From the IMG/VR virus record IMGVR_UViG_3300045988_143416, positions 1 to 52,181 of that record: a stretch of DNA of 52,181 nt; one strand, given 5' to 3'. The position numbers were made by a program, and so were the translations under genes. Below the pieces are notes generated by a model that made no database searches, was not told where the DNA came from, and saw nothing but the letters and a program-made list of their open reading frames with translations. Shown piece by piece: positions 7,088 to 16,267 of the stretch; the stretch's first letter is position 1, and each line of letters starts with the position of its first letter. Source of the stretch: a virus.

Positions 7088-7242
7088 TGTGTAATCACAA
7101 TTTTGTAACTGTTAATGATGTTAGAGTATGTCAAAAGTGCGGTATTACCGTTACTTTTGATAATAAAGTGCTATTTGATAGAAAAATAGCAAACTATAAA
7201 CCTAAAAAGAAGAAGCGAGGCAAGAAATGGCAAGGAAAATAA
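7087..7242 (+). CDS. Possible small zinc-ribbon protein, 51 aa
   Basis: ATG overlaps the terL stop. It has a CxxxxxxxxxCxxC pattern and a Lys-rich tail, overlaps the portal start, and has a weak RBS. Confidence 0.3.
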   Translation: MCNHNFVTVNDVRVCQKCGITVTFDNKVLFDRKIANYKPKKKKRGKKWQGK

Positions 7243-8714
7243 CTGAATTATATCCCGATTTTACGGCTTTTATTGATGAAATTGACGAAAACGGTATAAC
7301 ACCCGAATTACTAAGCAAGATTATCAATAAACACAGAGGCAATTCACTTTATAACAAGAAACTGTATGACCGCTATATGACTATGGACGGTGGCGTACCT
7401 ATCTTTAAGCGTGAGCCGAGATTTGAAGAAGAAGAAAAGCCGATAAACAACAAAATCAATAATGACTTTTTTAGTGAAATTGTAGATTTTAAGACAGGCT
7501 ATTTTGCAGGCAGACCGATTACATACAGTTATGCGCAGAATGACGAGGCAGAAGAAGCAACGGGCGGTAAAGAAGCAGTTGAAAAGGCTACAAAAGCACA
7601 AAGCGACTTTGTAACCCGTAACAATATGTACGGCGTGGATATGGAAACAACGAAGTTTGCAAGCATATATGGTTATGCGGGCAGGCTTTTTTACATTGAC
7701 ACAGAGGGCAACGAAAGAGTAATGCCCGTACAAGGCTTTGAAACTATCATTTTGTCAAAGACTGATATATCCGAGCCGAAATATGCAATACGCTATTATC
7801 CTGTATGGGATATAAACAATGTAAAGTCGTGGGTAGTTGAATTTTACGACAATACAAACATTTATACATACAAAGGCTATCTATCCAAATTAGAGCAGGA
7901 CGGCGAGCCTAAACCGCATATGTTCGACTTATGCCCGCTGCAAGGCATAGCGAACAATAAAGAGATGTTGGGCGACGCTGAAAAAGTGCTATCTTTGATT
8001 GATGATTACGACAAAGTGTTGTCGGATAATTCAAACGAGGTAGAGGCATTCGTACACGCTTATTTGATTTTTGAAAATCTAAAAATAAGTGAAGATACTA
8101 TAAAAAAAGGTCAAAAGAACGGCTCTTTTGTATTTCCACCAACAGGAACACAGCAGGGCAAGGCTTATTTCTTAACAAAGAATATAAACGACAGTTTTAC
8201 AGAACACCATTTACAGCGTGTGCAGGATAATATCTATCGTTTCAGTAAAACGCCTAATTTGAATGATGAAACTTTCGGAGCGGCGAGCGGTGTATCTCTC
8301 AAATTCAAATTACACGGGCTTGAAACAAAATGCGGTATGTTTGAGGCAAAAATGATGGACGCAGGACAATATATGTGGCGTGTTCTTGCGAGTGCTTGGG
8401 CGAAAAAGCAAATTGCATTTGACCCGTTACAGGCTGATATGGACTTTGTGCGTAACTTCCCGCTTGACCTTGCAAACGAGGCAACAACAGCACAGGCATT
8501 AAAGGCTATCGGCTTGCCTGATGAAATAGTTTACAGTCAGTTGTCATTTATTGATGATGTTGACTATGTTCTATCCCTTAAAGAAAAGGAAATGAACGAT
8601 ATAACACCGTTGCAAAAAGATACGCCCGAAGATGAAGAAACAGACGAAGAAGCAGACGAAGAAAACAACGACAAAGAAGAAAAAGAAAAAAAGGCAAAAA
8701 AGGATAATGAATAA
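7227..8714 (+). CDS. Portal protein (SPP1 gp6-like)
   Basis: 495 aa. The N-terminal pattern and acidic C-terminal tail are typical of SPP1-type portals. It follows terL. Confidence 0.9.
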   Translation: MARKITELYPDFTAFIDEIDENGITPELLSKIINKHRGNSLYNKKLYDRYMTMDGGVPIFKREPRFEEEEKPINNKINNDFFSEIVDFKTGYFAGRPITYSYAQNDEAEEATGGKEAVEKATKAQSDFVTRNNMYGVDMETTKFASIYGYAGRLFYIDTEGNERVMPVQGFETIILSKTDISEPKYAIRYYPVWDINNVKSWVVEFYDNTNIYTYKGYLSKLEQDGEPKPHMFDLCPLQGIANNKEMLGDAEKVLSLIDDYDKVLSDNSNEVEAFVHAYLIFENLKISEDTIKKGQKNGSFVFPPTGTQQGKAYFLTKNINDSFTEHHLQRVQDNIYRFSKTPNLNDETFGAASGVSLKFKLHGLETKCGMFEAKMMDAGQYMWRVLASAWAKKQIAFDPLQADMDFVRNFPLDLANEATTAQALKAIGLPDEIVYSQLSFIDDVDYVLSLKEKEMNDITPLQKDTPEDEETDEEADEENNDKEEKEKKAKKDNE

Positions 8715-10330
8715 TGCCGATTTCAAAAAAGACGCTTGACCGCTATTTTGCTGAATTAAGGCGAATTGAAGCCCACAGAACAGCGGGGGCAGAAAAGAAA
8801 ATAAGACGCTTATACAAAGCCCTTATGAAAGAGTTAATAGGCTTTCTTGGTAATGAGTATGCACAATATGCGGATAGTGACGGTAATTTGAGTATTGCAT
8901 TATTGCAATCACAAAGCCGTTACGCCCGTTTCCTTGAAGAAGTCGAAAAGCAGGTTGACGGTTTAAGCCCGAAATATGCGAAACTTATAAAAGATACCGT
9001 AGAGGAAACATACAAAAATTGCTATGAGGGTATGGTTGAAGCGGTACAAAAATCAAATAACAATGCTGAACTTGCTGCAAATTTGCAAGGTTTGTCAGTA
9101 AGACCCGAAGTAATGAAAAATGCCGTTGAAAATCCCGTCAGTGGCTTAACTTTGCCTGATAGGTTAGAAAAGCACAGGGCAGAAGTTATATACAGCATAA
9201 AGCAAGAGTTAAATATGGCTTTAGTTGTCGGGGATAGGTACGAAACCGTTGCAAAGAAATTGTCAAACAGACTTGATATTGATTATCGAAAGGCAATTAC
9301 AATAGCACGAACAGAAACGCACCAAGTACAAGAGGGCGGATTTATGGATTGTGCCGTTGATTTGCAACAATGCTTTGACGGTAGCGAGTACATTTATGCG
9401 GCAACTTGGCGAACTATGAAAGATGAAAAAGTACGCCCACAAGTAGCAGCATATAAGAGAAAAGCAGGCGTAAAAGCACGAAAAAAGTATACAGCAGGTG
9501 CAAGGGCATATTTTGGCAAGCCTAACCATATCACAATGGAGGGGCGAACAGTTAAAGCAGGCGAATACTTTAAATTTGACGACGGCGTTAAAACAAAAGC
9601 CCCGTCACATAGTGGCGTAGCAGGACACGATTGTAATTGTCGTTGTATTCTTGAATACAATATAATGACATTTGCCGAATTTGAAAAGGCAACAGGCAAG
9701 CCCGTAACTACTGCAAGCGTTCACGGAAGCATTAAGCAACAAATGAACGAAAACGGCATTGCAAGCGTTAATTTACAGCGAACAACCGACGCAAAGGGTT
9801 TTGATACCTCTATCAAAGAAGCGATTAAATCACACCCCGTAGGGGCTTGTGTAGACGCCCACCCTTTGGACGAATTACAAAGTTATAAACTGTATTTGTC
9901 CGAAAATAAAATGGCAGGTGTAGCGGTTAAGCCTGACGGCGATATAACAGCAGTATTCAAAAATGCCGAATATAAACAGCGTGGGGCAGTTAATGATTTA
10001 ATCATTACAGCAAGAGCAAACGGCGGTACAAAAATGGACTGTTTCGGTATTAGCCTTGTTAATAGGTATGAGCAATGCGGCTATGTGCCTGTTGCAAGAA
10101 TACCATTTAATGACAAGTACATTGACGACCCGTATTTACTCAAAACACGCCCTGATGTTTATGTTATGATGAAAAATACAGACGACTTGCAAACAGTTAT
10201 TGAAAAGAACGCTAAAAAGGCTTACAAAGTATCTATGCAAGAGGAATTAGACAAACTGAAAACGATTGAAGATTACGACAAAGCATTGAGTTACCGTGAT
10301 AAGTTGTTAAAAGTGCAAGAGAGTAAATAA
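8714..10330 (+). CDS. Head morphogenesis protein (MuF/SPP1 gp7 family) with a C-terminal GNAT-like extension
   Basis: The MuF core runs through ARTETHQ...GHDCNCRCILEY. About 200 extra residues follow, with the GNAT-like pattern YKQRGAVNDLIITARANGGTKMDCF...RYEQCGYVPVA. Confidence 0.85.
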   Translation: MPISKKTLDRYFAELRRIEAHRTAGAEKKIRRLYKALMKELIGFLGNEYAQYADSDGNLSIALLQSQSRYARFLEEVEKQVDGLSPKYAKLIKDTVEETYKNCYEGMVEAVQKSNNNAELAANLQGLSVRPEVMKNAVENPVSGLTLPDRLEKHRAEVIYSIKQELNMALVVGDRYETVAKKLSNRLDIDYRKAITIARTETHQVQEGGFMDCAVDLQQCFDGSEYIYAATWRTMKDEKVRPQVAAYKRKAGVKARKKYTAGARAYFGKPNHITMEGRTVKAGEYFKFDDGVKTKAPSHSGVAGHDCNCRCILEYNIMTFAEFEKATGKPVTTASVHGSIKQQMNENGIASVNLQRTTDAKGFDTSIKEAIKSHPVGACVDAHPLDELQSYKLYLSENKMAGVAVKPDGDITAVFKNAEYKQRGAVNDLIITARANGGTKMDCFGISLVNRYEQCGYVPVARIPFNDKYIDDPYLLKTRPDVYVMMKNTDDLQTVIEKNAKKAYKVSMQEELDKLKTIEDYDKALSYRDKLLKVQESK

Positions 10331-10351
10331 AAAAGGGGCATAGCCCCTTTT
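10331..10351. terminator. Bidirectional intrinsic terminator
   Basis: AAAAGGGGC-ATA-GCCCCTTTT between convergent genes. Confidence 0.7.
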
Positions 10352-10661
10352 AAATATTATACTTTTGATATTCACTTATCATAATATCGGCAAGTCGCTG
10401 ATTTATCATTGATTTTTGATACTCTCTTACATTGCCGTTAGGGTAGTAAACTTTAATCATCAATGTACCTTTCTTGCTTATTCTTTCTTCTGTTTTTACA
10501 TTGTGATTAGTGATAAATTCTTCAACTGTTTCATATGTTTTAGTTGTATCAACATTAAAGATTTTATCAAGTTTCTTTCTGTCTTTTGCGGGTATGTTTT
10601 TAAAAAGAACACCGCCGTAGTATGAATAAGTTGTTTTATCAATTTTTACTGTATTACTCAT
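10350..10661 (-). CDS. Hypothetical protein, 103 aa (reverse-strand gene inside the head module)
   Basis: Start moved to MSNTVKID..., behind the conserved GCAGAAAGGTTAA SD. Confidence 0.55.
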   Translation of the reverse strand: MSNTVKIDKTTYSYYGGVLFKNIPAKDRKKLDKIFNVDTTKTYETVEEFITNHNVKTEERISKKGTLMIKVYYPNGNVREYQKSMINQRLADIMISEYQKYNI

Positions 10662-10715
10662 AATTTTAACCTTTCTGCATTTATAGGCTGTCGCCTTTCT
10701 TTCTTTGTTGATTAT

Positions 10716-10744
10716 AGTATAACACAAATGCGATACAATGTCAA
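10716..10744 (-). promoter_or_regulatory. Promoter (minus strand) with operator-like dyad 10720-10735
   Basis: On the minus strand: TTGACA, 17 nt, TATACT, with a TG extension. TAACACAAATGCGATA is in the same register as the other operator sites. Confidence 0.55.
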
Positions 10745-10861
10745 TATAATTTTGAATATTCAATATGTAAAATAATTACAAATATTTTGATTAAATTTTG
10801 TGCATTATGTCAATATACTAAAAAAGTATTTTATATTATAATATTGTAGAGGTGAAAATAT

Positions 10862-11071
10862 ATGTTGACGCAAAAAGAAATGGGCGATATGTCCGCAAAA
10901 CAGATTATTGAACGCCTTGAACAAGATTACAAAGACGATAAAGACGCTTTAGAAGAAATAAAGCGGGCTAAACAAAATATAAAGTACATTGAAAGCCAAA
11001 AGGACTATAAAGGGCAATCACCGTGGCAACACGCTGTATCGCTTGCGGGTATGCTTGATTTATGGGGCTAA
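10862..11071 (+). CDS. Hypothetical protein
   Basis: 69-aa ORF with ATG behind GAGGTGA. Confidence 0.5.
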   Translation: MLTQKEMGDMSAKQIIERLEQDYKDDKDALEEIKRAKQNIKYIESQKDYKGQSPWQHAVSLAGMLDLWG

Positions 11072-11135
11072 AACAATAGCGTGGGTTCTCCTTGTTCTCT
11101 ACCTTTCTAAAATATTTTTCGCTCACGCTATTGTT
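11072..11135. repeat. 12-bp perfect inverted repeat with a 40-nt spacer
   Basis: AACAATAGCGTG (11072-11083) pairs with CACGCTATTGTT (11124-11135). Confidence 0.6.
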
Positions 11136-11142
11136 AGTTATA

Positions 11143-11175
11143 AGCAGAAAGAACATTGTTTCTTTCTGCTTTTTA
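11143..11175 (+). terminator. Intrinsic terminator
   Basis: AGCAGAAAGAA-loop-TTCTTTCTGCT followed by TTTTT. Confidence 0.75.
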
Positions 11176-11184
11176 TATGCAAAT

Positions 11185-11211
11185 AAACGCTTCTATATGG
11201 AGCGTTTTTTT
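11185..11211 (+). terminator. Second tandem intrinsic terminator
   Basis: AAACGCTTC-TATAT-GGAGCGTTT followed by TTTTTTT. Confidence 0.65.
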
Positions 11212-11275
11212 ATATTTAAAAACGCTTTCTATACGGAAGCAAACATTATTCTATAAGGATATGGAGGAAAAAGTA

Positions 11276-12010
11276 ATGACAACAGAACAAATCACAACCG
11301 CTGAAAAGACGCTTGACGCAGTAAAAGCAACAAACGGTAGAAATATTTTACCGTTAAATTTACAGTTATTCGCAGACGGTGGCGACGGCGACGGCGACGG
11401 AGCAAACGGAAGCAATACAGGCGATAGCGGAACAGACGGCGACGGCGATAATAAAGCACAAAATCAAAATGCGGCATTATCGACGGAAGCACTTGACAAA
11501 CTTATTCAGTCAAGAGTTGACAAAATCACCGCTGACCTCGGTAAAAAGAACGCAACATTGCAAAAGGAACTTGATAATCTAAAAAAGGCGAAGTTGTCTG
11601 ACGAAGAGATTAAAAATCTTGAAATTGCCGACAAAGAAAAAGCATTGACAGAAAAGGAACAAGCCTTACTTGAAAGAGAAAACAGACTGTATGCTATTAA
11701 GGCAATCAAAGAAGCAGAACTTGACGACGGCAGTGACTTATCGCTTGAACTTATTGACTTTGTAATGGGCGAGGACGAAAAGGCTATTGACGAAAAAGTA
11801 AAGTCTTTCAAAAGCCTTGTTGAAAGATTTGTTACTGCAAAGGTTGACGCTACTTTTAAGGCTAACGGCAGAACGCCAAACGGAAGCGGAAAAAGTGGCT
11901 CGGCTGATGATAAAAAAACAAGTGTTGCGGCTGAACTTGGCAAAGCCAAAGCAGAGCAACAAAAAAAGTCAAATGACATTTTAAATTATTATATTGGAGG
12001 TAACAAGTAA
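11276..12010 (+). CDS. Scaffolding protein (DUF4355-like)
   Basis: Start moved to MTTEQ, behind GGAGGAAAAAG. LNLQLFA motif, Gly/Asp-rich linker, long coiled coil. Located upstream of the capsid gene. Confidence 0.7.
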   Translation: MTTEQITTAEKTLDAVKATNGRNILPLNLQLFADGGDGDGDGANGSNTGDSGTDGDGDNKAQNQNAALSTEALDKLIQSRVDKITADLGKKNATLQKELDNLKKAKLSDEEIKNLEIADKEKALTEKEQALLERENRLYAIKAIKEAELDDGSDLSLELIDFVMGEDEKAIDEKVKSFKSLVERFVTAKVDATFKANGRTPNGSGKSGSADDKKTSVAAELGKAKAEQQKKSNDILNYYIGGNK

Positions 12011-12333
12011 TGAAGTTTACTACAAAAGATGTTACGCAGGGCGTAAATATTCTTGCTAACGACCATTATGTTGCAATTCCTTATGATTGTTCAAAAATCA
12101 CAGCAACAAACGGCGTTATTAAAGCGGGTACTATCATTCCGTCTAATGATGATAAAGCAATCGGCGTATTGCTTAATGATGTGTACCCCGCAGAAAATTC
12201 AAACGGTACTATTGTTATTCACGGATTTATTGAAAAGGCAAAATTGCCTGTTGCACCGACAGTAGACACCGCTTCGGACGGTACTACAACAGTAGGTGCT
12301 ACAACCGTGCTTAAACAAATTACATTTATTTAA
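12010..12333 (+). CDS. Putative head decoration / capsid accessory protein
   Basis: 107 aa, between the scaffold and major capsid genes. The beta-rich pattern is DUF2190-like. Confidence 0.4.
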   Translation: MKFTTKDVTQGVNILANDHYVAIPYDCSKITATNGVIKAGTIIPSNDDKAIGVLLNDVYPAENSNGTIVIHGFIEKAKLPVAPTVDTASDGTTTVGATTVLKQITFI

Positions 12334-12345
12334 GGAGGCAAACTA

Positions 12346-13413
12346 ATGAGATTATCAGAAGTATTTAATGCGGACGCTATTGCTCTTAACTATACTAATG
12401 TGGCAAGTAATGCTATTCCGTATTTTGGTGCAGGTCTTTTCCCCGCACAGAAAAAGGCAGGTCTTGACCTTAAATGGATAAAAGGACACAACGGATTGCC
12501 TGTATCTCTTGCACCGTCAGCGTTTGACGCAAAGTCAAAATTCCGTGACCGTGTAGGCATTTCAATCAATGAAACACAAATGGCATTCTTCCGTGAAAGT
12601 ATGCTTGTAAAAGAAGCAGACGAACAAGAAATTATGCGAGTACAGGACGCAAACGACCCTTATGCTACACAGGTACTCAACAACATTTTCAATGATACAC
12701 AGACACTTATTGACGGTGCTAATGTTGTTCCTGAAAGAATGATTATGCAGTTGCTTGCACCGCTTAACGGCTCAATGGGTATTGCTATTAAGGCAAACGG
12801 CGTTGATTATACATACAACTATGACCCTGACGGCTCGTGGAAGAAAGAACACTACAAGAAAATCACTACTGCCGCTAATAAGTGGTCTGCTGCTGATACT
12901 TGCGACCCTGTAAAGGATATTGAGGACGCACTCGACGCACAGGAGGAGGCAACAGGTAATCGCCCTGCCGTTCTTCTTATGTCAAAGCCTACCTTTAACC
13001 TTATCAAGAACAGCAAGAAAGTACAGAGCGGTGTACTTGCACAGAATGTTACAGCAAATGTAAATTACACTACTGCAAGGGTAAGAGCGTATATTGAGGA
13101 AGAACTCAATATCTCAATCGTTGTTTATAACAAGCAGTATAAGGACGAAAGTGGCACAGCAAAGAAATTTTACCCTGACAATATCATTATGATGTTGCCG
13201 TCGGGCACACTCGGTAACACTTGGTACGGAACTACCCCTGAAGAAAGAAAACTTGCAACTAAAGCAGACGCAAGCGTATCTATCGTAAATACAGGTGTTG
13301 CAGTTGCCGTAACAATTACAGACGACCCCGTTAATACAAAAACAACAGCGTCGGAAATTGTATTGCCGTCCTTTGAGCGTGCTAATGAGTGTTACGCACT
13401 TGAAGTAGCATAA
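12346..13413 (+). CDS. Major capsid protein (capsid protein E-like family)
   Basis: 355 aa. The pattern LPVSLAPSAFDAKSKFRDR...MAFFRESM is typical of gpE-like capsid proteins. Position and strong RBS agree. Confidence 0.85.
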   Translation: MRLSEVFNADAIALNYTNVASNAIPYFGAGLFPAQKKAGLDLKWIKGHNGLPVSLAPSAFDAKSKFRDRVGISINETQMAFFRESMLVKEADEQEIMRVQDANDPYATQVLNNIFNDTQTLIDGANVVPERMIMQLLAPLNGSMGIAIKANGVDYTYNYDPDGSWKKEHYKKITTAANKWSAADTCDPVKDIEDALDAQEEATGNRPAVLLMSKPTFNLIKNSKKVQSGVLAQNVTANVNYTTARVRAYIEEELNISIVVYNKQYKDESGTAKKFYPDNIIMMLPSGTLGNTWYGTTPEERKLATKADASVSIVNTGVAVAVTITDDPVNTKTTASEIVLPSFERANECYALEVA

Positions 13414-13425
13414 GCAGGTGATTAA

Positions 13426-13782
13426 ATGACAAAAGAACAAGCAGAATTGTTAAAACTCGGATTTTCTATTGATGATACTACCTTGCTTGTTGTCGAAAGT
13501 GCTTTACAATGGGTGCTTGATAACACTACATTGCAATTTGATATTAATAAAGACAATGATTTAAAAGCCTTGCCCGCAAATGTAAGGCTTTTTGTTGTTA
13601 AATACAAAGAAGCAATGATAACAGATGTAGGCGTGTCAAGTGAAAGTATAGAGGGCTTGTCACATTCGTTTAATACGGGTGATAAAAGCAATCTCTTATG
13701 GGATTTAGCGAGTAGTTTACTTGGTGACTGCCTTGTATCGCCTGTTTCTTTTGTTTCTGCTACTGATAGGTGGAAATACTAA
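13426..13782 (+). CDS. Putative head-tail connector (gp6-like)
   Basis: Size and position immediately after the capsid gene. Confidence 0.45.
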   Translation: MTKEQAELLKLGFSIDDTTLLVVESALQWVLDNTTLQFDINKDNDLKALPANVRLFVVKYKEAMITDVGVSSESIEGLSHSFNTGDKSNLLWDLASSLLGDCLVSPVSFVSATDRWKY

Positions 13783-13794
13783 AGGGGCGGTGTT

Positions 13795-14295
13795 ATGAGC
13801 ATAAAGTGGAAAACGACAGTAAACAAAATGCCTGATATGATGAAAAACATTGAAACATTAAACGGTAGAAAAGTCGAAGTCGGCGTTATTGAGGGTGAAC
13901 ATCAATGGTTAGCCGCAATCCACGAATACGGCTGTAATATCACCGTAACCGACAAAATGAGAGCCTATTTGCATTATCACGGCTTGCATTTGTCGCCGAA
14001 TACCACAACAATCAAAATTCCTGAAAGGTCTTTTCTAAGAAACGGACACGACACGAATATTGACAAAGTAATGACGCAGGCAGACAGAGCCGTTGAGCAG
14101 GTAGCGGGCGGATATATGACCGACCAACAGTTACTTGATATGATAGGGCAAGTGTTGGCGACGAATATAAAAAAATACGCCCGTGACTTATCAAATCCCC
14201 CTAATCACCCTTATACTGTTGAGCAAAAAGGCAGCAGCAACCCGCTTGTTAATACAGGCGGTATGATAGAGGGTATTTCTTGGAGGACAAAATAA
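13795..14295 (+). CDS. Putative HK97 gp10-like head-tail joining protein
   Basis: KIPERSFLRNG motif resembles the gp10 family. Synteny agrees. Confidence 0.4.
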   Translation: MSIKWKTTVNKMPDMMKNIETLNGRKVEVGVIEGEHQWLAAIHEYGCNITVTDKMRAYLHYHGLHLSPNTTTIKIPERSFLRNGHDTNIDKVMTQADRAVEQVAGGYMTDQQLLDMIGQVLATNIKKYARDLSNPPNHPYTVEQKGSSNPLVNTGGMIEGISWRTK

Positions 14296-14655
14296 ATGCA
14301 ACAGTATTTTCATTTTGAGAGCCTAATAAACAAATTCAGCCGTGAGTTTACCGCTACTTATAAAACGGGTGGCGGCGGATATGACGATAAAGGCGATTAT
14401 ACAAGCGGCGAAGTTGTCAAAGAAACCTTGATAGGTGCAATTATCAATTTCAAAGAAAGCAAAACATACAGAGCAGAGGGAACGCTCAAAACGCAAGATA
14501 AAAGACTGTTTATGTTGCAACCCCTTAAAGGTGCATTGATAGGTGCGACAGTTATTGATAACGGCAACAAATACAGAATAGAGGAAGAAACCGAAAACGC
14601 TATGTTTACAGGCGTTTACTCTTATGTTTTAAGGTGGGTGAGTGCATTTGATTGA
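14296..14655 (+). CDS. Putative head closure / tail completion protein
   Basis: Synteny only. Confidence 0.35.
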   Translation: MQQYFHFESLINKFSREFTATYKTGGGGYDDKGDYTSGEVVKETLIGAIINFKESKTYRAEGTLKTQDKRLFMLQPLKGALIGATVIDNGNKYRIEEETENAMFTGVYSYVLRWVSAFD

Positions 14656-15205
14656 TGTTGATAAACTAAAGCAAGTTGTTGTGAGCGGTCTAAAGGAATA
14701 TTTAGGGTGCGAAGTTATACGAAACAATCAAAATGCCGAGCCGCCTGCCTATCCGTATGTTTCTTTTACAATTACAACGCTTGCAAGTGCGAATAAAGGC
14801 ACTTATGAGGAATACGAGGACGGAACTACCCGAAAGCAATTAACGCAGACTTGGAGCATTACAGCGCAATCTAACAGCGAGAGCGAAAGCGTAAAACTTG
14901 CACTTAAAGCGAGGGAATGGCTCGACTATTCGGGTAGGGTGTATTTAACAAACAACGGCGTTATTGTTCAGTCCGTCACGAATGTAACTAACAGGGATAA
15001 TATTTTGACCGTCGAGTATGAATACAAAAACGGTTTTGATGTTGTCTTTTATCTGTTTGACGAAACAGAAAACAATATTAATAAATCAGGTGTTGTTGAG
15101 GATATAGATTTAATTTATAACGGCGAAAAAACGCCTGTTATAAGTGATGAAAAACAAGCGGCGGAAATCGAAAAAATGATAGACGACAGCGGTATTCTTG
15201 ACTGA
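14642..15205 (+). CDS. Putative neck/tail terminator protein with a C-terminal IEKMIDDSGILD peptide
   Basis: GTG start behind AAGGTGGGTGA. PAYPYVSF motif as in terminator-type proteins. Located directly upstream of the sheath gene. Confidence 0.45.
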   Translation: MHLIDVDKLKQVVVSGLKEYLGCEVIRNNQNAEPPAYPYVSFTITTLASANKGTYEEYEDGTTRKQLTQTWSITAQSNSESESVKLALKAREWLDYSGRVYLTNNGVIVQSVTNVTNRDNILTVEYEYKNGFDVVFYLFDETENNINKSGVVEDIDLIYNGEKTPVISDEKQAAEIEKMIDDSGILD

Positions 15206-15240
15206 TACAATACCAAAAAATAAACAAAAGGAGCGAAATT

Positions 15241-16251
15241 ATGATTAAAGATGTTAATGTCACTATTGACATTCAAAATGTAGTTGGCGCATTAGGTTTA
15301 GGCTATCCGCTCATTGTATTTAAAAATACATCAGCAGTAGCATACGCAGAAACCGACTTGCAGACCGCACGAAACACATACACGGCAATTGATGATGTTA
15401 TTGATAACATTATGTCAGGCACAAATCCGCCCGAAAAAATCGCCGTAATCGGATTGGCAGAAGTGACAGAAGAAACAGTAACAGCCGCAATTAACGCTGT
15501 AATGGAAAAAGGTTGGCGACAACTCGTTATTGCAGATAGTGATTTTTCTGCAACAAAAACTTTCTTAACAGCGATTGAAGCAACAGACAAAATGTTGTTT
15601 ATTCCGACTGCCGCATTGCCTACATTGTCGGGCGGCGATGCTTGGGACTATGAAAGAGTTGTAGCAGTTAGCGGCTCAACATTTGCCGACGCAGAAACAG
15701 GCATTACAAATATTGCTTGTATTTTGGGCGCAACTTGCGGTCAAGAAGTCGGCAGTTTTACTTATAAGAATACCATTGTTAACAATGGCAGTGTAATGGA
15801 TAATGCCGCTTATAGAACTGCAACGGCTTCAACAGCAAGCAACCCACCTTTCTTGGCAATCCTTGAAAAGTGCGGCGACAATGTAATATCCGACGGCTTA
15901 ACTGTTGGCGGTGATTACATTGATGTTATTGATAGTAAGGACTATATTATCAATCAACTTGAATACAAAACACAAAAAACACTTAACAATCAAAAGAAAG
16001 TCCCATATACAAACAATGGCGTTGCAATGCTTGAAAGTGTCGCAATTGATGTACTTAACAGCGCATACAACAACGGTATGATTGCTGAAAAGGAGGACGG
16101 TAGCCCTGATTACAGCGTTAATTACGCACTCCGTGAGGACTCAACAGCCGAGGACATTCAAGCAAGAAAGTATATCGGCGGCAATTTTGGTTTTGTGCTG
16201 TCAGGTGCAATTCACACTGTTAAGATTAACGGCACAATTAAGTATGTATAA
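15241..16251 (+). CDS. Tail sheath protein (short, DUF3383-like)
   Basis: 336 aa, immediately upstream of a tube-like gene. Strong RBS. Confidence 0.6.
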   Translation: MIKDVNVTIDIQNVVGALGLGYPLIVFKNTSAVAYAETDLQTARNTYTAIDDVIDNIMSGTNPPEKIAVIGLAEVTEETVTAAINAVMEKGWRQLVIADSDFSATKTFLTAIEATDKMLFIPTAALPTLSGGDAWDYERVVAVSGSTFADAETGITNIACILGATCGQEVGSFTYKNTIVNNGSVMDNAAYRTATASTASNPPFLAILEKCGDNVISDGLTVGGDYIDVIDSKDYIINQLEYKTQKTLNNQKKVPYTNNGVAMLESVAIDVLNSAYNNGMIAEKEDGSPDYSVNYALREDSTAEDIQARKYIGGNFGFVLSGAIHTVKINGTIKYV

Positions 16252-16267
16252 TAAGGAGGGCTAACAA

